Source: Candidatus Hadarchaeum sp. (GTDB lineage: Archaea > Hadarchaeota > Hadarchaeia > Hadarchaeales > Hadarchaeaceae). Taken from it: a stretch of DNA of 64,000 nt. The position numbers and the translations under genes are program-made. Under the pieces are notes generated by a model. The model was not told where the DNA came from. It searched no databases and saw only the letters and a program-made list of their open reading frames with translations. Below, piece after piece: positions 14,030 through 23,880 of the stretch. The stretch is taken from the NCBI RefSeq assembly GCF_038871235.1, contig NZ_JAVZIN010000002.1, positions 43,043 to 107,042 on the forward strand, in the 5' to 3' direction. How positions within the stretch are numbered: position 1 is the stretch's first letter; each line of letters starts with the position of its first letter.

Positions 14030-15304
14030 ATGGATTTGGTGATTAACCCGGCCACTTCGATCACTGGTGAGATCGAGGCCCTACCATCAAAATTTCATAC
14101 GCAATTTTCCACCGCACTCGCGATCCTAACCGGAGGAAAGTGCACCATTGAATCCCCTTTAAGGGTTCGCGATACCCAAGTTATGCTAAAAGCAGCTGAA
14201 TCCTTAGGGGCTGTTGTAAAGCGGTCCCAGGAAAAATGGACCATCTGGGGGGTAGACGGCAAAATCAAATCAGATAAAAACACCCTAGACGCGAAGAACT
14301 CCGGCACCTCGATCTGCCTGCTTACAGGGATCTCCACCATCTCGCCATCGACCATGGTCCTCCATGGTGACAGCCAATTGCGCTCAAGGCCCATGCCAAC
14401 ATTTCTTAAGGCGCTACGTTGCCTAGGCGCCGATGTCTATTCGACGAAACCAGATGAAAGTCCTCCTTTCATAGCTTTCGGCGGCGGGCTCAAGGGTGGC
14501 AAGGTTAAGCTTGATTTTCTTGAACCCAGATATCTGCCGCCCGTTCTAATCGCGGCACCTTATGCCAAAAAAAAGGTAGAGTTAAAGGTCAAATCACCAA
14601 CACTTGATCGGATCTCTGAACTAATGAAAATCGGACATGTCAAAGTGATCGAAAAAAAGAACACCGTCATTATCCCCAACCAAACCTACCGCGCCTTTAC
14701 TTATCGAGTGCCGCATGAGATCTCTGGAACTGCGCCTTTTCTGGTCGCTGCCTGCCTAACCGGTTCAAGCATTAAAATAAACCCTCTAGGACAAATGACC
14801 TATCGCGACAAGGAATTTCTCCAATGCTTAAAATCATTCGGAATCAATCCACAAATTTCAAAAAAATGCCTCAGTCTAGATGGAAAACACCGACTTAAAG
14901 CCACAAGGCTGAACCTCCGTTCTACTCCCGAATTGCTGCCCTTAGTCGCAGTAATTGCCTGTATGGCAAGAGGGAAAACTTTGATTTACGATGCCGCGGG
15001 CGCTAGGACCATGAAGTCAGACCGGATTTCAGCGATCGCCAACGAACTGAGACGAATGAAAGCCAAGGTGCTCGAGAGAAATGATGGATTGATCCTCCAA
15101 GGACCAGTGACATTGCGCGGCTGCGAAGTTGATGGTCACAACGACTATGCCATCACCGCGGCTCTCGTGGTGGCAGCGCTTGTATCAAATGGAATTACGA
15201 CAATCAAAAACGGTGCCGACTCGCTTATCTCGAGTTATTCAAGATTCATATCCACCTTCCAAGCGATGGGCGCCGAGATAAGCTACCGGCACCCAACAGT
15301 TTGA
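14030..15304 (+). CDS. EPSP synthase (AroA)-like protein with degenerate active site
   Basis: PSK, NSGTS, LRSRPM, SDRI motifs give the AroA fold; SSQ, KE and DHR motifs absent. Confidence 0.78.
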   Translation: MDLVINPATSITGEIEALPSKFHTQFSTALAILTGGKCTIESPLRVRDTQVMLKAAESLGAVVKRSQEKWTIWGVDGKIKSDKNTLDAKNSGTSICLLTGISTISPSTMVLHGDSQLRSRPMPTFLKALRCLGADVYSTKPDESPPFIAFGGGLKGGKVKLDFLEPRYLPPVLIAAPYAKKKVELKVKSPTLDRISELMKIGHVKVIEKKNTVIIPNQTYRAFTYRVPHEISGTAPFLVAACLTGSSIKINPLGQMTYRDKEFLQCLKSFGINPQISKKCLSLDGKHRLKATRLNLRSTPELLPLVAVIACMARGKTLIYDAAGARTMKSDRISAIANELRRMKAKVLERNDGLILQGPVTLRGCEVDGHNDYAITAALVVAALVSNGITTIKNGADSLISSYSRFISTFQAMGAEISYRHPTV

Positions 15305-15374
15305 TTAAGAAAGTTAATATTTCTGAAACATCATGGTTAATTGACCTATTTAGTTTATCCCGAATTGTGGTCAC

Positions 15375-15983
15375 TTGAGGGGGCAGCTGAGTATAGAGTT
15401 CTTGGCGGTCATGGCCGGTTTCTTGATCATGGTAGCTACTGTTACTCTGCCGACGTATCTTCAGGCAAACTTCGACGCGGAAAAATTGAGCAAAATCTCT
15501 GAAGCAAAAGTGGCTGCCAACGAGCTGGCAGCTGGACTGAACCATCTGTATGCAGTGGGGCCAGGTTCACGTCTGACCGTCGAATACTCGCTTCCGGCCG
15601 GGATCTTGACCATATACTTGGGAGGCTACGATAATCTTGATGTCGATGGGAGACTTACAGCGGATGAAACAGTTCCGATAAATGGCCGTGCAGACATCCA
15701 AATTCTGATGGACTTTAACGGCGATGGGTTGTGGGACAACATGCGCGATTCCATAATCACAGTGGATACGGTACTGCCCAGTCGGTGGAATGAAGACGGT
15801 ACCGACCGGGGAGAAGACTGGGTTAAGGAGAATTGTCTACACGTGGAAGAAAATGGCTTGAAAGTCGGTCCTGAGTACGGGACTCTTTCTAACAGAACTT
15901 TTCACCGAACCACGCTAATTTACTGCTACGATCCGAGCAGCCGATACCCGCGAAGGATCGTGGTCTTAGATGAAATCAGATAG
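15375..15983 (+). CDS. Class III signal peptide pilin-like protein
   Basis: MRG/QLSIEFL + hydrophobic stretch. Confidence 0.82.
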   Translation: MRGQLSIEFLAVMAGFLIMVATVTLPTYLQANFDAEKLSKISEAKVAANELAAGLNHLYAVGPGSRLTVEYSLPAGILTIYLGGYDNLDVDGRLTADETVPINGRADIQILMDFNGDGLWDNMRDSIITVDTVLPSRWNEDGTDRGEDWVKENCLHVEENGLKVGPEYGTLSNRTFHRTTLIYCYDPSSRYPRRIVVLDEIR

Positions 15984-16467
15984 ACATTATTCAAAAGGCC
16001 AATCGGCGGTTGAATATCTGACCATACTCTCCGCGGCGCTGGCCCTACTGACCTCAGTAACTCTCACCCAATCCATCAATCCATCCAAAAATGCTGCGGA
16101 TCATTCGGCATATCTAATGCAGGCAAAAGCGACAGCCAGTTCCATCGCTGGTGCCATAGATGCTGTTTATGCGAACGGGGCCGGTGCATCCAAAAGTTTA
16201 ATCGTGAAACTGGGCTGCCCCTGGACGGCCCAAATGGACAACTCGAAAAATGTCTTTAGGGTAATCTTCTGGACCATGTCGGGCGCAGAAAATTCGGAAG
16301 TCAATCTTCAGTACAAAATAAAGAAACAACACTTGCTTACAACAATCCCTCCGGGAACCTACACGGTCATCGTGACTTGGTCTGAAAACAAAAATTTTCC
16401 AGAAACTATGCAGCTGGATGTGGTCGGCGGCGGGAAAATTTACATCTATCTTAACCCACAGGGGTGA
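15970..16467 (+). CDS. Class III signal peptide pilin-like protein
   Basis: SKG/QSAVEYL + hydrophobic stretch; IDAVYANGAG. Confidence 0.82.
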   Translation: MKSDRHYSKGQSAVEYLTILSAALALLTSVTLTQSINPSKNAADHSAYLMQAKATASSIAGAIDAVYANGAGASKSLIVKLGCPWTAQMDNSKNVFRVIFWTMSGAENSEVNLQYKIKKQHLLTTIPPGTYTVIVTWSENKNFPETMQLDVVGGGKIYIYLNPQG

Positions 16468-16898
16468 TTAATCTGGCCATTGCAGAAAAAAGAGGATTCT
16501 TCTCAATAGACGCGCTTTTGGCGCTAAGTCTGTTGGTGATAGTCGCTACCTCGCTCATAACCTTATCTGAAGGAAGAAGAAAATCCGCAGAAGCGATTGA
16601 GATCCACCTAGAAGCAAAGATGATCGGCGACAGACTTGCCGCAGCGATGAACTCTGTATATGTGAATGGGCCCAACATCAGTCTAAGTCTCAAGTTGCCG
16701 GAGAACATTGGACCCTATCCATACAGAGTATTCTCAGACAACTCAGTTGGCTTGTTAACTGTTGAAAGCAGTGTTGAAGTAGTAGAGATAAATACGGTCT
16801 GCAAAAACTTCAAAAATTTTGTGCTTGAACGGGAAAATCTGACCAAAAAAATTCAGATATTCTGGGAGGGTTCCCAGCTATGTATTGCGGGGAGATAG
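16464..16898 (+). CDS. Minor pilin-like protein
   Basis: KRG/FFSIDALLAL; MNSVYVNGP. Confidence 0.78.
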   Translation: MINLAIAEKRGFFSIDALLALSLLVIVATSLITLSEGRRKSAEAIEIHLEAKMIGDRLAAAMNSVYVNGPNISLSLKLPENIGPYPYRVFSDNSVGLLTVESSVEVVEINTVCKNFKNFVLERENLTKKIQIFWEGSQLCIAGR

Positions 16899-17311
16899 CA
16901 GGCCAATCCAGCACAGAATTTTTAATCCTGGTCGCAGGCATAATTTTAACCGCAACATCATTTTTTTGTTGGAGTTTACAAAATACCGAACTCACTACAA
17001 TAATTCAAGCGGCTCATGATGGAGCTGAAAATGCGCTTGCAACCATTGAAATCAACTATGGGTGTTCTGCATATGTCGAATGCTTTGGACTCAACGATAA
17101 TCGAATAGAGATATCCATCGTTATCCTAGCTGCTCCGCCGGAAAATATCAACCAATTTGATTTCACGGAAAAAGTTGTTAAAAAAATGGTCAAAGAAAGC
17201 GTCTTTAATTATATCCAAAGGGCTCTGAGCAGTCTTTCGACAAACAATCCGATTGAAACAGCATTTTGCCCCTATGATGTCTCCATCCGCATAAGAAAGG
17301 GAATCGAATGA
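16880..17311 (+). CDS. Class III signal peptide pilin-like protein
   Basis: AG/QSSTEFLILVAGIIL. Confidence 0.72.
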   Translation: MYCGEIAGQSSTEFLILVAGIILTATSFFCWSLQNTELTTIIQAAHDGAENALATIEINYGCSAYVECFGLNDNRIEISIVILAAPPENINQFDFTEKVVKKMVKESVFNYIQRALSSLSTNNPIETAFCPYDVSIRIRKGIE

Positions 17312-18276
17312 ACGAGCATGGACAGATTTTTACCTTAGATATGTTCTTCGCCCTCGTCTTAACCGCGCTAATAATTAGTAGTTCCGGCCTAGCATTGGAA
17401 CAGGTGAGGAAACAAACTAATGATTATTTTTTAAGATATTCTCTCGAACAAACGGCAAATGATGCTGCTGACGTGCTTGTTAAAACTGGCGGGACCCCGG
17501 ATGATTGGCCAAAGCAGCCCAATTCCATAGAAGCTGTTGGCTTATGCCAAACTGATCAACACGGTTTTCCAATACCGAACAGCCTTTCGATACAAAAGCT
17601 AGAGAACCTAAGGCAACTTTGTAAAAATGAAATCTGGGAAAGCTATCCCGCTGCCTCTCAGGCAATAAAGGCCCTTTTTAATCGCTCTGAAAAATTTGAA
17701 CTCATTTTGATCGACGAAACTACTAACGAAAATCTATGGCCCCCAGTTTACCCTCGATGGAATATCAAACAATCGTCGGGAGTTCAAGACTCATCAGAGG
17801 TTGTCGTGGTAAAGCGCCTAGTTGCTACAAATGTGATAACCGAAAACTTACTTGAAAATCTTATCCACATCAGCAAACCACCACGTTACCAAATCTACTT
17901 TAACGTTGACCCTGGAGAACTAAACACTCGTGACTGGTACATCGTTTTAACAAGGTCGCTGCCACCGCCACCAATACAACCGGAAGTGAGGATTTGGGTG
18001 AACCGAAACCCGAGTGACGGTGATGGAGATCGGGACTTCAAATCCCCACCGCATGATTCGCCCTTCCGAATAAGATGCGATGGAGTGGATTACCCAGATG
18101 GTTCTGACTACGCCTTTCCAGTGCCGCTGCACGAAGGGCAGAACTTCATCTGGATTAGAATTTCAGGTAAAAATGCCCCGGTTAACGTTTCAATAGTTTC
18201 GCTACCGAGGGGTTCGCCATCAAAGTTAGTTGAACTTCCCCCAGTGGCAACCTTGGTTGTAAAACTATGGAGGTAG
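17308..18276 (+). CDS. Minor pilin/adhesin-like protein
   Basis: HG/QIFTLDMFFAL; ADVLVKTGGTPDDW; C-terminal LVVKLWR. Confidence 0.78.
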   Translation: MNEHGQIFTLDMFFALVLTALIISSSGLALEQVRKQTNDYFLRYSLEQTANDAADVLVKTGGTPDDWPKQPNSIEAVGLCQTDQHGFPIPNSLSIQKLENLRQLCKNEIWESYPAASQAIKALFNRSEKFELILIDETTNENLWPPVYPRWNIKQSSGVQDSSEVVVVKRLVATNVITENLLENLIHISKPPRYQIYFNVDPGELNTRDWYIVLTRSLPPPPIQPEVRIWVNRNPSDGDGDRDFKSPPHDSPFRIRCDGVDYPDGSDYAFPVPLHEGQNFIWIRISGKNAPVNVSIVSLPRGSPSKLVELPPVATLVVKLWR

Positions 18277-18279
18277 AAG

Positions 18280-19485
18280 ATGTCCTCACTTTATGATGAA
18301 AAAGGTTTTATATTCAGCCTAGATGCAATTCTGGCCATCGCGGTTCTGATCACGGCTTTGCTTGGCGTGGCGAGTTTCATCGGACCCCAACCAATTCATG
18401 ATCAACAGGGGTATCTTAGACTTGAAAGATACGCTAACGATGCTCTTGAAGTTTTACAGCTAACGGGAACAATGGACGAAATAATAAACTATGTTAGGCA
18501 AGGATACCCAGAAAATGCCGAATACTTGGCCGAAACGCAGCTTAGAAAAATTTTGCCTGCCGAAATTCAGTTCAGGCTGATAATCGGCGACGAAAACAAT
18601 CCGCGTCTGGATAACGTTTTTTCAACGCACGGAAAGAATGAAGAATGGTTGGTCGCTTTTCAAAATGTAAATGAGATGGCCAAGGCTATAGGAATAACCA
18701 CGCTACCTAGGAAAAGGATCAAGGTGCTCGCTTGGGTTGACAATAATGACGAAGAATTTATTTTCCAACTGCTTGTAAACGCTGGCATCGACCTCAAAAA
18801 AGTCAACACCATTACAGAATTCTGGAACGAAGTTGATACCGCCATCGCTAAATGGCAGCCGGGTCATCCCTATTATGACGCAATTTTCATTCCAGATGCT
18901 GAAATTGATCTCGCTCCAAACGGATTGACTTCAAAAATCATTGATCTAGTGATTTATCAAAAGTGCGAGGGTAGGATCGTTGTCGGTGGAAGTACCCTCT
19001 ATCACAACTGTCAAGTTGAAGAAACTGATGGTTATCTCTGGGAATCGCTCGGGATTCTTTGGAACGATTCACCTCAAGAAATATCTGGACCGCCGCTGGA
19101 CAACATGCGTATACTCAACTCTACCAGTTTCGTGACCCAAGCCTACAAAAATGGAGATAATATTGAATACAATTCGAATTATGCCCAATATGTTTACGCG
19201 CCTATCGATGCTTCGTGGGTAGTCGCGCGATGGGAAGATGTTCCAAACATCATCGCTAACCCTATAAGTGGAATAATTATCCGTCCTAGTGGCTTCACCC
19301 ATACCCGTATGGGCCTATTGCCCCAGCCGGCGGTGCTGTTTAACATGCGCTTTGCCCAAAGTGCTACGGACAATGAGAACCCGATGGGTACTGCTGACTG
19401 GATAACTCTAGTAAAACTTGCACTTGGTTACGAAGAAGTTCCAGAGCTAATCAGCCTCTATGTTTGGAGGGGCCCGCCTGTGTGA
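18280..19485 (+). CDS. Minor pilin/adhesin-like protein
   Basis: KG/FIFSLDAILAI; ANDALEVL; C-terminal SLYVWR. Confidence 0.78.
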   Translation: MSSLYDEKGFIFSLDAILAIAVLITALLGVASFIGPQPIHDQQGYLRLERYANDALEVLQLTGTMDEIINYVRQGYPENAEYLAETQLRKILPAEIQFRLIIGDENNPRLDNVFSTHGKNEEWLVAFQNVNEMAKAIGITTLPRKRIKVLAWVDNNDEEFIFQLLVNAGIDLKKVNTITEFWNEVDTAIAKWQPGHPYYDAIFIPDAEIDLAPNGLTSKIIDLVIYQKCEGRIVVGGSTLYHNCQVEETDGYLWESLGILWNDSPQEISGPPLDNMRILNSTSFVTQAYKNGDNIEYNSNYAQYVYAPIDASWVVARWEDVPNIIANPISGIIIRPSGFTHTRMGLLPQPAVLFNMRFAQSATDNENPMGTADWITLVKLALGYEEVPELISLYVWRGPPV

Positions 19486-20192
19486 TGACGATGAAAACGG
19501 ATTATGGACAAAAGGGGGTCGCTCTGAGCAGTTTGGCGCTGCTGCTGATGCTGCCGGCTCTGCTGTTAGCCGCTTCCAGCTTGAAAATAATTGAAATTGG
19601 TGGGGAAACCAACTCCATCCAGATCTTGGCTGATAAAGTGTACTATACTGGAAAAGAAATCTCAGAAACAATAAAACTAATGCAGAAGAATAGAGTTCCA
19701 ATTAATGACATCAGCTTACAGGTGCTCGCTGAAAAATATCGTGCGGCGACTGGGTTAATTATATGTATTACCTCCAATCAAGTTTATCCTCTCTGGATCC
19801 ACGTACAACCCACCGGCGTTAATCATTATGCTGGAAGCAAATACTGTGTTGTTGAAAAAATCTCCGCCAATAGATGGAAATATTCGTTTGAAGACTCAGA
19901 TGCAAATGCCGGCGAAACTGTCGATTTTGACTATAACGAGCCAGAATTGCTCATCGAAAAGATCGATGAAAATTTGAAAATAACCGTGTTGGCCTACAAC
20001 AGCCCTCATTTCTCGGACGTTTATTATTCAAAAGAACTATTGTGGTCTGAAGTTGGAGGCATCGGTGAAAGACATGTGGGAGAATCTACGGAAATAGAAG
20101 AAAATTGTTTTGGGTCATTTATTTTGATCTCCATTGAAATTAGAGACCCTAATGATTTGGTGAGATGCTTCGAAAATGTCCTGCTTACGTGA
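19464..20192 (+). CDS. Pilus-associated pilin-like protein
   Basis: QKG/VALSSLALLLMLPALLLA; IEIRDP near C-terminus; operonic overlap. Confidence 0.7.
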   Translation: MEGPACVMTMKTDYGQKGVALSSLALLLMLPALLLAASSLKIIEIGGETNSIQILADKVYYTGKEISETIKLMQKNRVPINDISLQVLAEKYRAATGLIICITSNQVYPLWIHVQPTGVNHYAGSKYCVVEKISANRWKYSFEDSDANAGETVDFDYNEPELLIEKIDENLKITVLAYNSPHFSDVYYSKELLWSEVGGIGERHVGESTEIEENCFGSFILISIEIRDPNDLVRCFENVLLT

Positions 20193-20209
20193 GAAATGGA
20201 TGTGAAAAG

Positions 20210-20977
20210 ATGACGGAAAGTTCTATTGTCCGTTTATTTTGGGAAGTTGGCAATATCATACTGGGTGCAGATAGGCGTGCTTCTGCCTGTAGAGCACAAG
20301 AAAACAGGATTAAACCAACGCGGGATAAAAACAGGCAAATAATTCCTGAAAAAATTAGGATATTTTTTGAAAAACACTACGCTGGCTGGCCAGAATATGT
20401 TATGTTGAAGGCACAAATTGCAATATTGCTGCTCTTTCTTACCACCGTGGTTTACTTAGTCCTATTGCCAAACGAGAATTTGATTTTCCTCACTCTGCTC
20501 TCAATCTGTAGCGGTTACTTGATTTACCAAACAAAAACCCAACTTAGGCTTGCCTTTAAACGAGAATATCCCGCCTATCGGTGTTTCGTGGTAATTTGTA
20601 TAACAATCAACTGGTCTCTATTATTGCTGCTCAGATTGCTTCCCACAGTTTTTTCTATGGAATCTGACCTGAACATCATCATGCCGACATTTCTCGCTTT
20701 TGTCATAATTATCAGCGCCTTTGCGGCTTTCAGGATAAAGTATGGGCGCAATTTCACCTACGGTTTGGTTGAAGAATCCCGCGGCGGTTTCGCTTTGGTT
20801 CGGGTCGGTTACGATATCAGAAGTAATGTCAAGTCTGGAGTCTATCCAGTGGAAAGTTCTATCAAAGTAAGAAAAGGAGATACAGTAAAACTTAGGGTGG
20901 CTAGGCCGTTGCTGGGCTTAGGAGGAGCCAAAGTTAAGGCGATTACAGAAGTAGTTGGCCAATCTACATCTGCCTGA
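20210..20977 (+). CDS. DUF2101-like membrane protein of archaeal pilus loci
   Basis: EYVMLKAQ, 4 TM, KYGRNFTYGLV, YDIRSNVKSG. Confidence 0.72.
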   Translation: MTESSIVRLFWEVGNIILGADRRASACRAQENRIKPTRDKNRQIIPEKIRIFFEKHYAGWPEYVMLKAQIAILLLFLTTVVYLVLLPNENLIFLTLLSICSGYLIYQTKTQLRLAFKREYPAYRCFVVICITINWSLLLLLRLLPTVFSMESDLNIIMPTFLAFVIIISAFAAFRIKYGRNFTYGLVEESRGGFALVRVGYDIRSNVKSGVYPVESSIKVRKGDTVKLRVARPLLGLGGAKVKAITEVVGQSTSA

Positions 20978-21869
20978 GTACCCTAATCCGCTCGGAAAGA
21001 GGTGGGTGTGTGGCAAAAAGATCGTCTAGAGGGCTTCTCTTCGGATCGGTAAAGAAGAGATGCGAAATCGCCTCGGTTACCTCCATCTTGCCGGCGTTCT
21101 TTTTCATAATCTTTTCAAGAGCGGAAGCAAGTCCTTCTGGATAACGGGTGAGTTCCACTGCGCTGGCATCGGCCAAAAATTCCCTCCGCCTTGATATCAT
21201 CGCCTGCACGAGCCTCGTAGCTATGGGAGCAACTACGGCCAGAATTAACCCCGCCAGTATCAAAATTGCCGCTAAACCACCACCGCGCTCACCTTGTCTT
21301 CTCGAACCTCCGGCAAAAAAGGCCCCCCTCAATAGCAGATAGCTCAAAATGGCGGCGAATCCAACAAAAACCGCTATCATCGTCATGAAGCGTACATCGT
21401 AATTTCTTATGTGCGAGATTTCGTGGGCGACAACCCCTTCCAGCTCGATACGATTGAGACTCTCCAGTGCTCCGGTAGTTACCCCAACTGCGGCATGCTG
21501 CGGGTCGCGGCCAACCGCGAAAGCGTTTATCTCCTCGTTTTCAATGATGTAAACTTTTGGCGCAGGTATGCCCGCGGCCAAGCTGAGGCCCTCCACGGTG
21601 TTTATCAGGTAGATGTGTTTCACGGGATCAGCGGGTTTGGCCCTCATGACGCTGAGCACCGCCTGATCTCCGTATCGGTAAGAAACAATTGCTTGTACAG
21701 CCATCCAGATGATTCCAAAAATAAGAATTAAAACCACAAAATCGGGAGCAAAAATATATCCTATAGCAAAAAGCAGGCAAAGAACTATCGCAGTGATGGG
21801 GAAGATCAGCAACATCGAGTTTCTTTTATTTCTATTGATCTGGTCGTAAAAGCTAATTCGCGGCATCAA
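20964..21869 (-). CDS. htpX: Zn-dependent membrane protease HtpX (M48)
   Basis: NAFAVG, AHEISHI, SRRREFLADA, FATHPP. Confidence 0.92.
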   Translation of the reverse strand: MMPRISFYDQINRNKRNSMLLIFPITAIVLCLLFAIGYIFAPDFVVLILIFGIIWMAVQAIVSYRYGDQAVLSVMRAKPADPVKHIYLINTVEGLSLAAGIPAPKVYIIENEEINAFAVGRDPQHAAVGVTTGALESLNRIELEGVVAHEISHIRNYDVRFMTMIAVFVGFAAILSYLLLRGAFFAGGSRRQGERGGGLAAILILAGLILAVVAPIATRLVQAMISRRREFLADASAVELTRYPEGLASALEKIMKKNAGKMEVTEAISHLFFTDPKRSPLDDLFATHPPLSERIRVLRQM

Positions 21870-22429
21870 AAGGTCACTTTAGGAACCGCTCGCTCTTTCT
21901 CCGTAATCTCAAAATAGGGCTTCTGCTCGGTCCTGCCCATCCTCTGAGCAAACCATCGCCCGGGGAAAGTCGTAATTGCGTTGTTATAAGCAAGCACTGA
22001 GTCGTTATAGAATTGTCTGGCGTAGGCAATTTTGCTCTCGATACCGTCGAGCTGCTCTTGGAGTAATTTAAAGTTCTCGCTGGCCTTGAGGTTTGGGTAG
22101 TTCTCAGCCAAGGCAAAAATAGTCTTCATCGCTGCCGCTAACTCAACTCCTGCATCCATCTTATCCTTAACCGTCTGGGCCCCCATCATCCTTTCCCGAG
22201 CCTTGGTCACCATTTCAATGGCTTTTTTCTCGTGCGCCATGTAACCCTTAACAGTTTCCACAAGGTTGGGTACCAAATCAGCTCTTTTCTTGAGTTGTAC
22301 GTCTATCTGTGCCCACGCATTATCAATTCTGTTTGACAGGGAGATTATCCGATTGTAATAGTTGAAAAACAGGGCGACTATCACCAGCAAAACTATTACA
22401 ACAATAATGATTAGAATCCATTCCCACAC
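21866..22429 (-). CDS. lemA: LemA family protein
   Basis: AWAQIDVQLKKRADLVPNLV, ENYPNLKAS, ARQFYND. Confidence 0.94.
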   Translation of the reverse strand: MWEWILIIIVVIVLLVIVALFFNYYNRIISLSNRIDNAWAQIDVQLKKRADLVPNLVETVKGYMAHEKKAIEMVTKARERMMGAQTVKDKMDAGVELAAAMKTIFALAENYPNLKASENFKLLQEQLDGIESKIAYARQFYNDSVLAYNNAITTFPGRWFAQRMGRTEQKPYFEITEKERAVPKVTF

Positions 22430-22463
22430 TTTCTCGCCTACTGCTTTTTATGGCTCCTGACAT

Positions 22464-23225
22464 TTAAACATATCCAAACAACCTAATCATAAACTGCCAA
22501 TAAATATCGCCGAAAAATACCGTTACGAAAACACCTGCGGCTAGTGCTGGCGCAAACGGCATTCCCTTTTTGATCCTTAATTCATCCTTAATTCTGCCCT
22601 CTCTGACCAGCCTCTTGAGAACTCCAACTTGATAACGGGTTAATCCTGCCGCCCTACGGGGGTTCGTGTATGTTTTATCCCAATCGCTTTTCAGGTAAAA
22701 CCAAGAAGAAGTCCGATATATTTTGCCTCCTTTTTCATAAATTAGTTCAGCCGGAATCATGCCCTCTTTCAGCTCGGTGATCTTAACTGTCGCATAAAAA
22801 GCGCTCCCCCCTCGTGCACGTAAAAAAACGAAGTAAACCAGCATAAAAGGCAGAATGATCAAAATGCTGTTAAAAAGGATGGTCAGGGGTACGGGGTAAA
22901 TCGGGTTTTCTGTGGGCATTTTATATCCGTAGAGCAAGGCCCCAAGCGCGGTGAACAGTTTAACGTCTCCACCTGCCCACCCCCCCGTCCGCCAGAGAAG
23001 ATAACCAATGGCGAAAGAGATTGCAGCACCGAGAACTCCGGATATCATGACGAAAAAATCAAGCGAAAAAATTCCAAGAAGAATATAGTAAATTATGCCG
23101 AAGAAAATCATGGTAAAATTCAGTTCGTTAGGTATTATGCGTTTGCGCAGATCAGTATATACTGCAATGATTGAACCAACCACTGCAATAACAGTGGGTA
23201 TAAAATCAAAACCCATCAAGCTCAT
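22464..23225 (-). CDS. Prepilin peptidase (A24 family)
   Basis: YTDLRKRIIPN, WAGGDVKL aspartates; C-terminal PFAP..G..GD. Confidence 0.88.
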   Translation of the reverse strand: MSLMGFDFIPTVIAVVGSIIAVYTDLRKRIIPNELNFTMIFFGIIYYILLGIFSLDFFVMISGVLGAAISFAIGYLLWRTGGWAGGDVKLFTALGALLYGYKMPTENPIYPVPLTILFNSILIILPFMLVYFVFLRARGGSAFYATVKITELKEGMIPAELIYEKGGKIYRTSSWFYLKSDWDKTYTNPRRAAGLTRYQVGVLKRLVREGRIKDELRIKKGMPFAPALAAGVFVTVFFGDIYWQFMIRLFGYV

Positions 23226-23388
23226 ACACTCAGTTTTATTATAATTTGGAAATGGTTTTAGCTATTGTGTTCTTAAATTTTTATTTCACAAACTTCATCT
23301 AACTCAAGCCTTCTCTAACCAAAAACCAACAAATAAAAAAGATTAAAAAATTTGCTGATTTTAATTAGTTAGTAGCAAAACTATTTCT

Positions 23389-23763
23389 CTAGCTCACGGT
23401 AGCCGCATCATATACGTTGCCCTTATATCGTATCTTCAGCAAATCTCCGGTTTGACAACCCGAAGCGGACAGAGCTACTGGGATTCCTCTCTCTAAATCG
23501 AACGAAACAGTTTGCCAGCTTGATATAGCTGTAGCACCCCGATACACAGCATATTCCCATTCTCCTGCGTTTATCTTGGATGGAACCATTGTACTCGATG
23601 GTGTAAAATTAATGTTGTCACCGTTCTTTACGGCAGTTCCTGTTATAATCGCCGATGGCCCTGTGCTTGTAACGTAGTATACGGCTATGGCAACTATGAC
23701 CAAAACTGCTGCCAACATGAGTAAGTATTCAGTTGCTCCTTGACCCCTCTTATCAAACCTCAT
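23389..23763 (-). CDS. Probable major pilin (class III signal peptide)
   Basis: MRFDKRG/QGATEYLLMLAAVLVIVAIA; has its own upstream region. Confidence 0.85.
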   Translation of the reverse strand: MRFDKRGQGATEYLLMLAAVLVIVAIAVYYVTSTGPSAIITGTAVKNGDNINFTPSSTMVPSKINAGEWEYAVYRGATAISSWQTVSFDLERGIPVALSASGCQTGDLLKIRYKGNVYDAATVS

Positions 23764-23880
23764 TTTATCCCTCCGGTTCTAACTCCGCGAAAAATTTGAT
23801 TTAAGAACTTCTTTACGAAGTTCGAAAGTTTAAGTTTCTAAATCTGAAACTTGCCGCGACAAAATTACCGGCCCAAGCGC

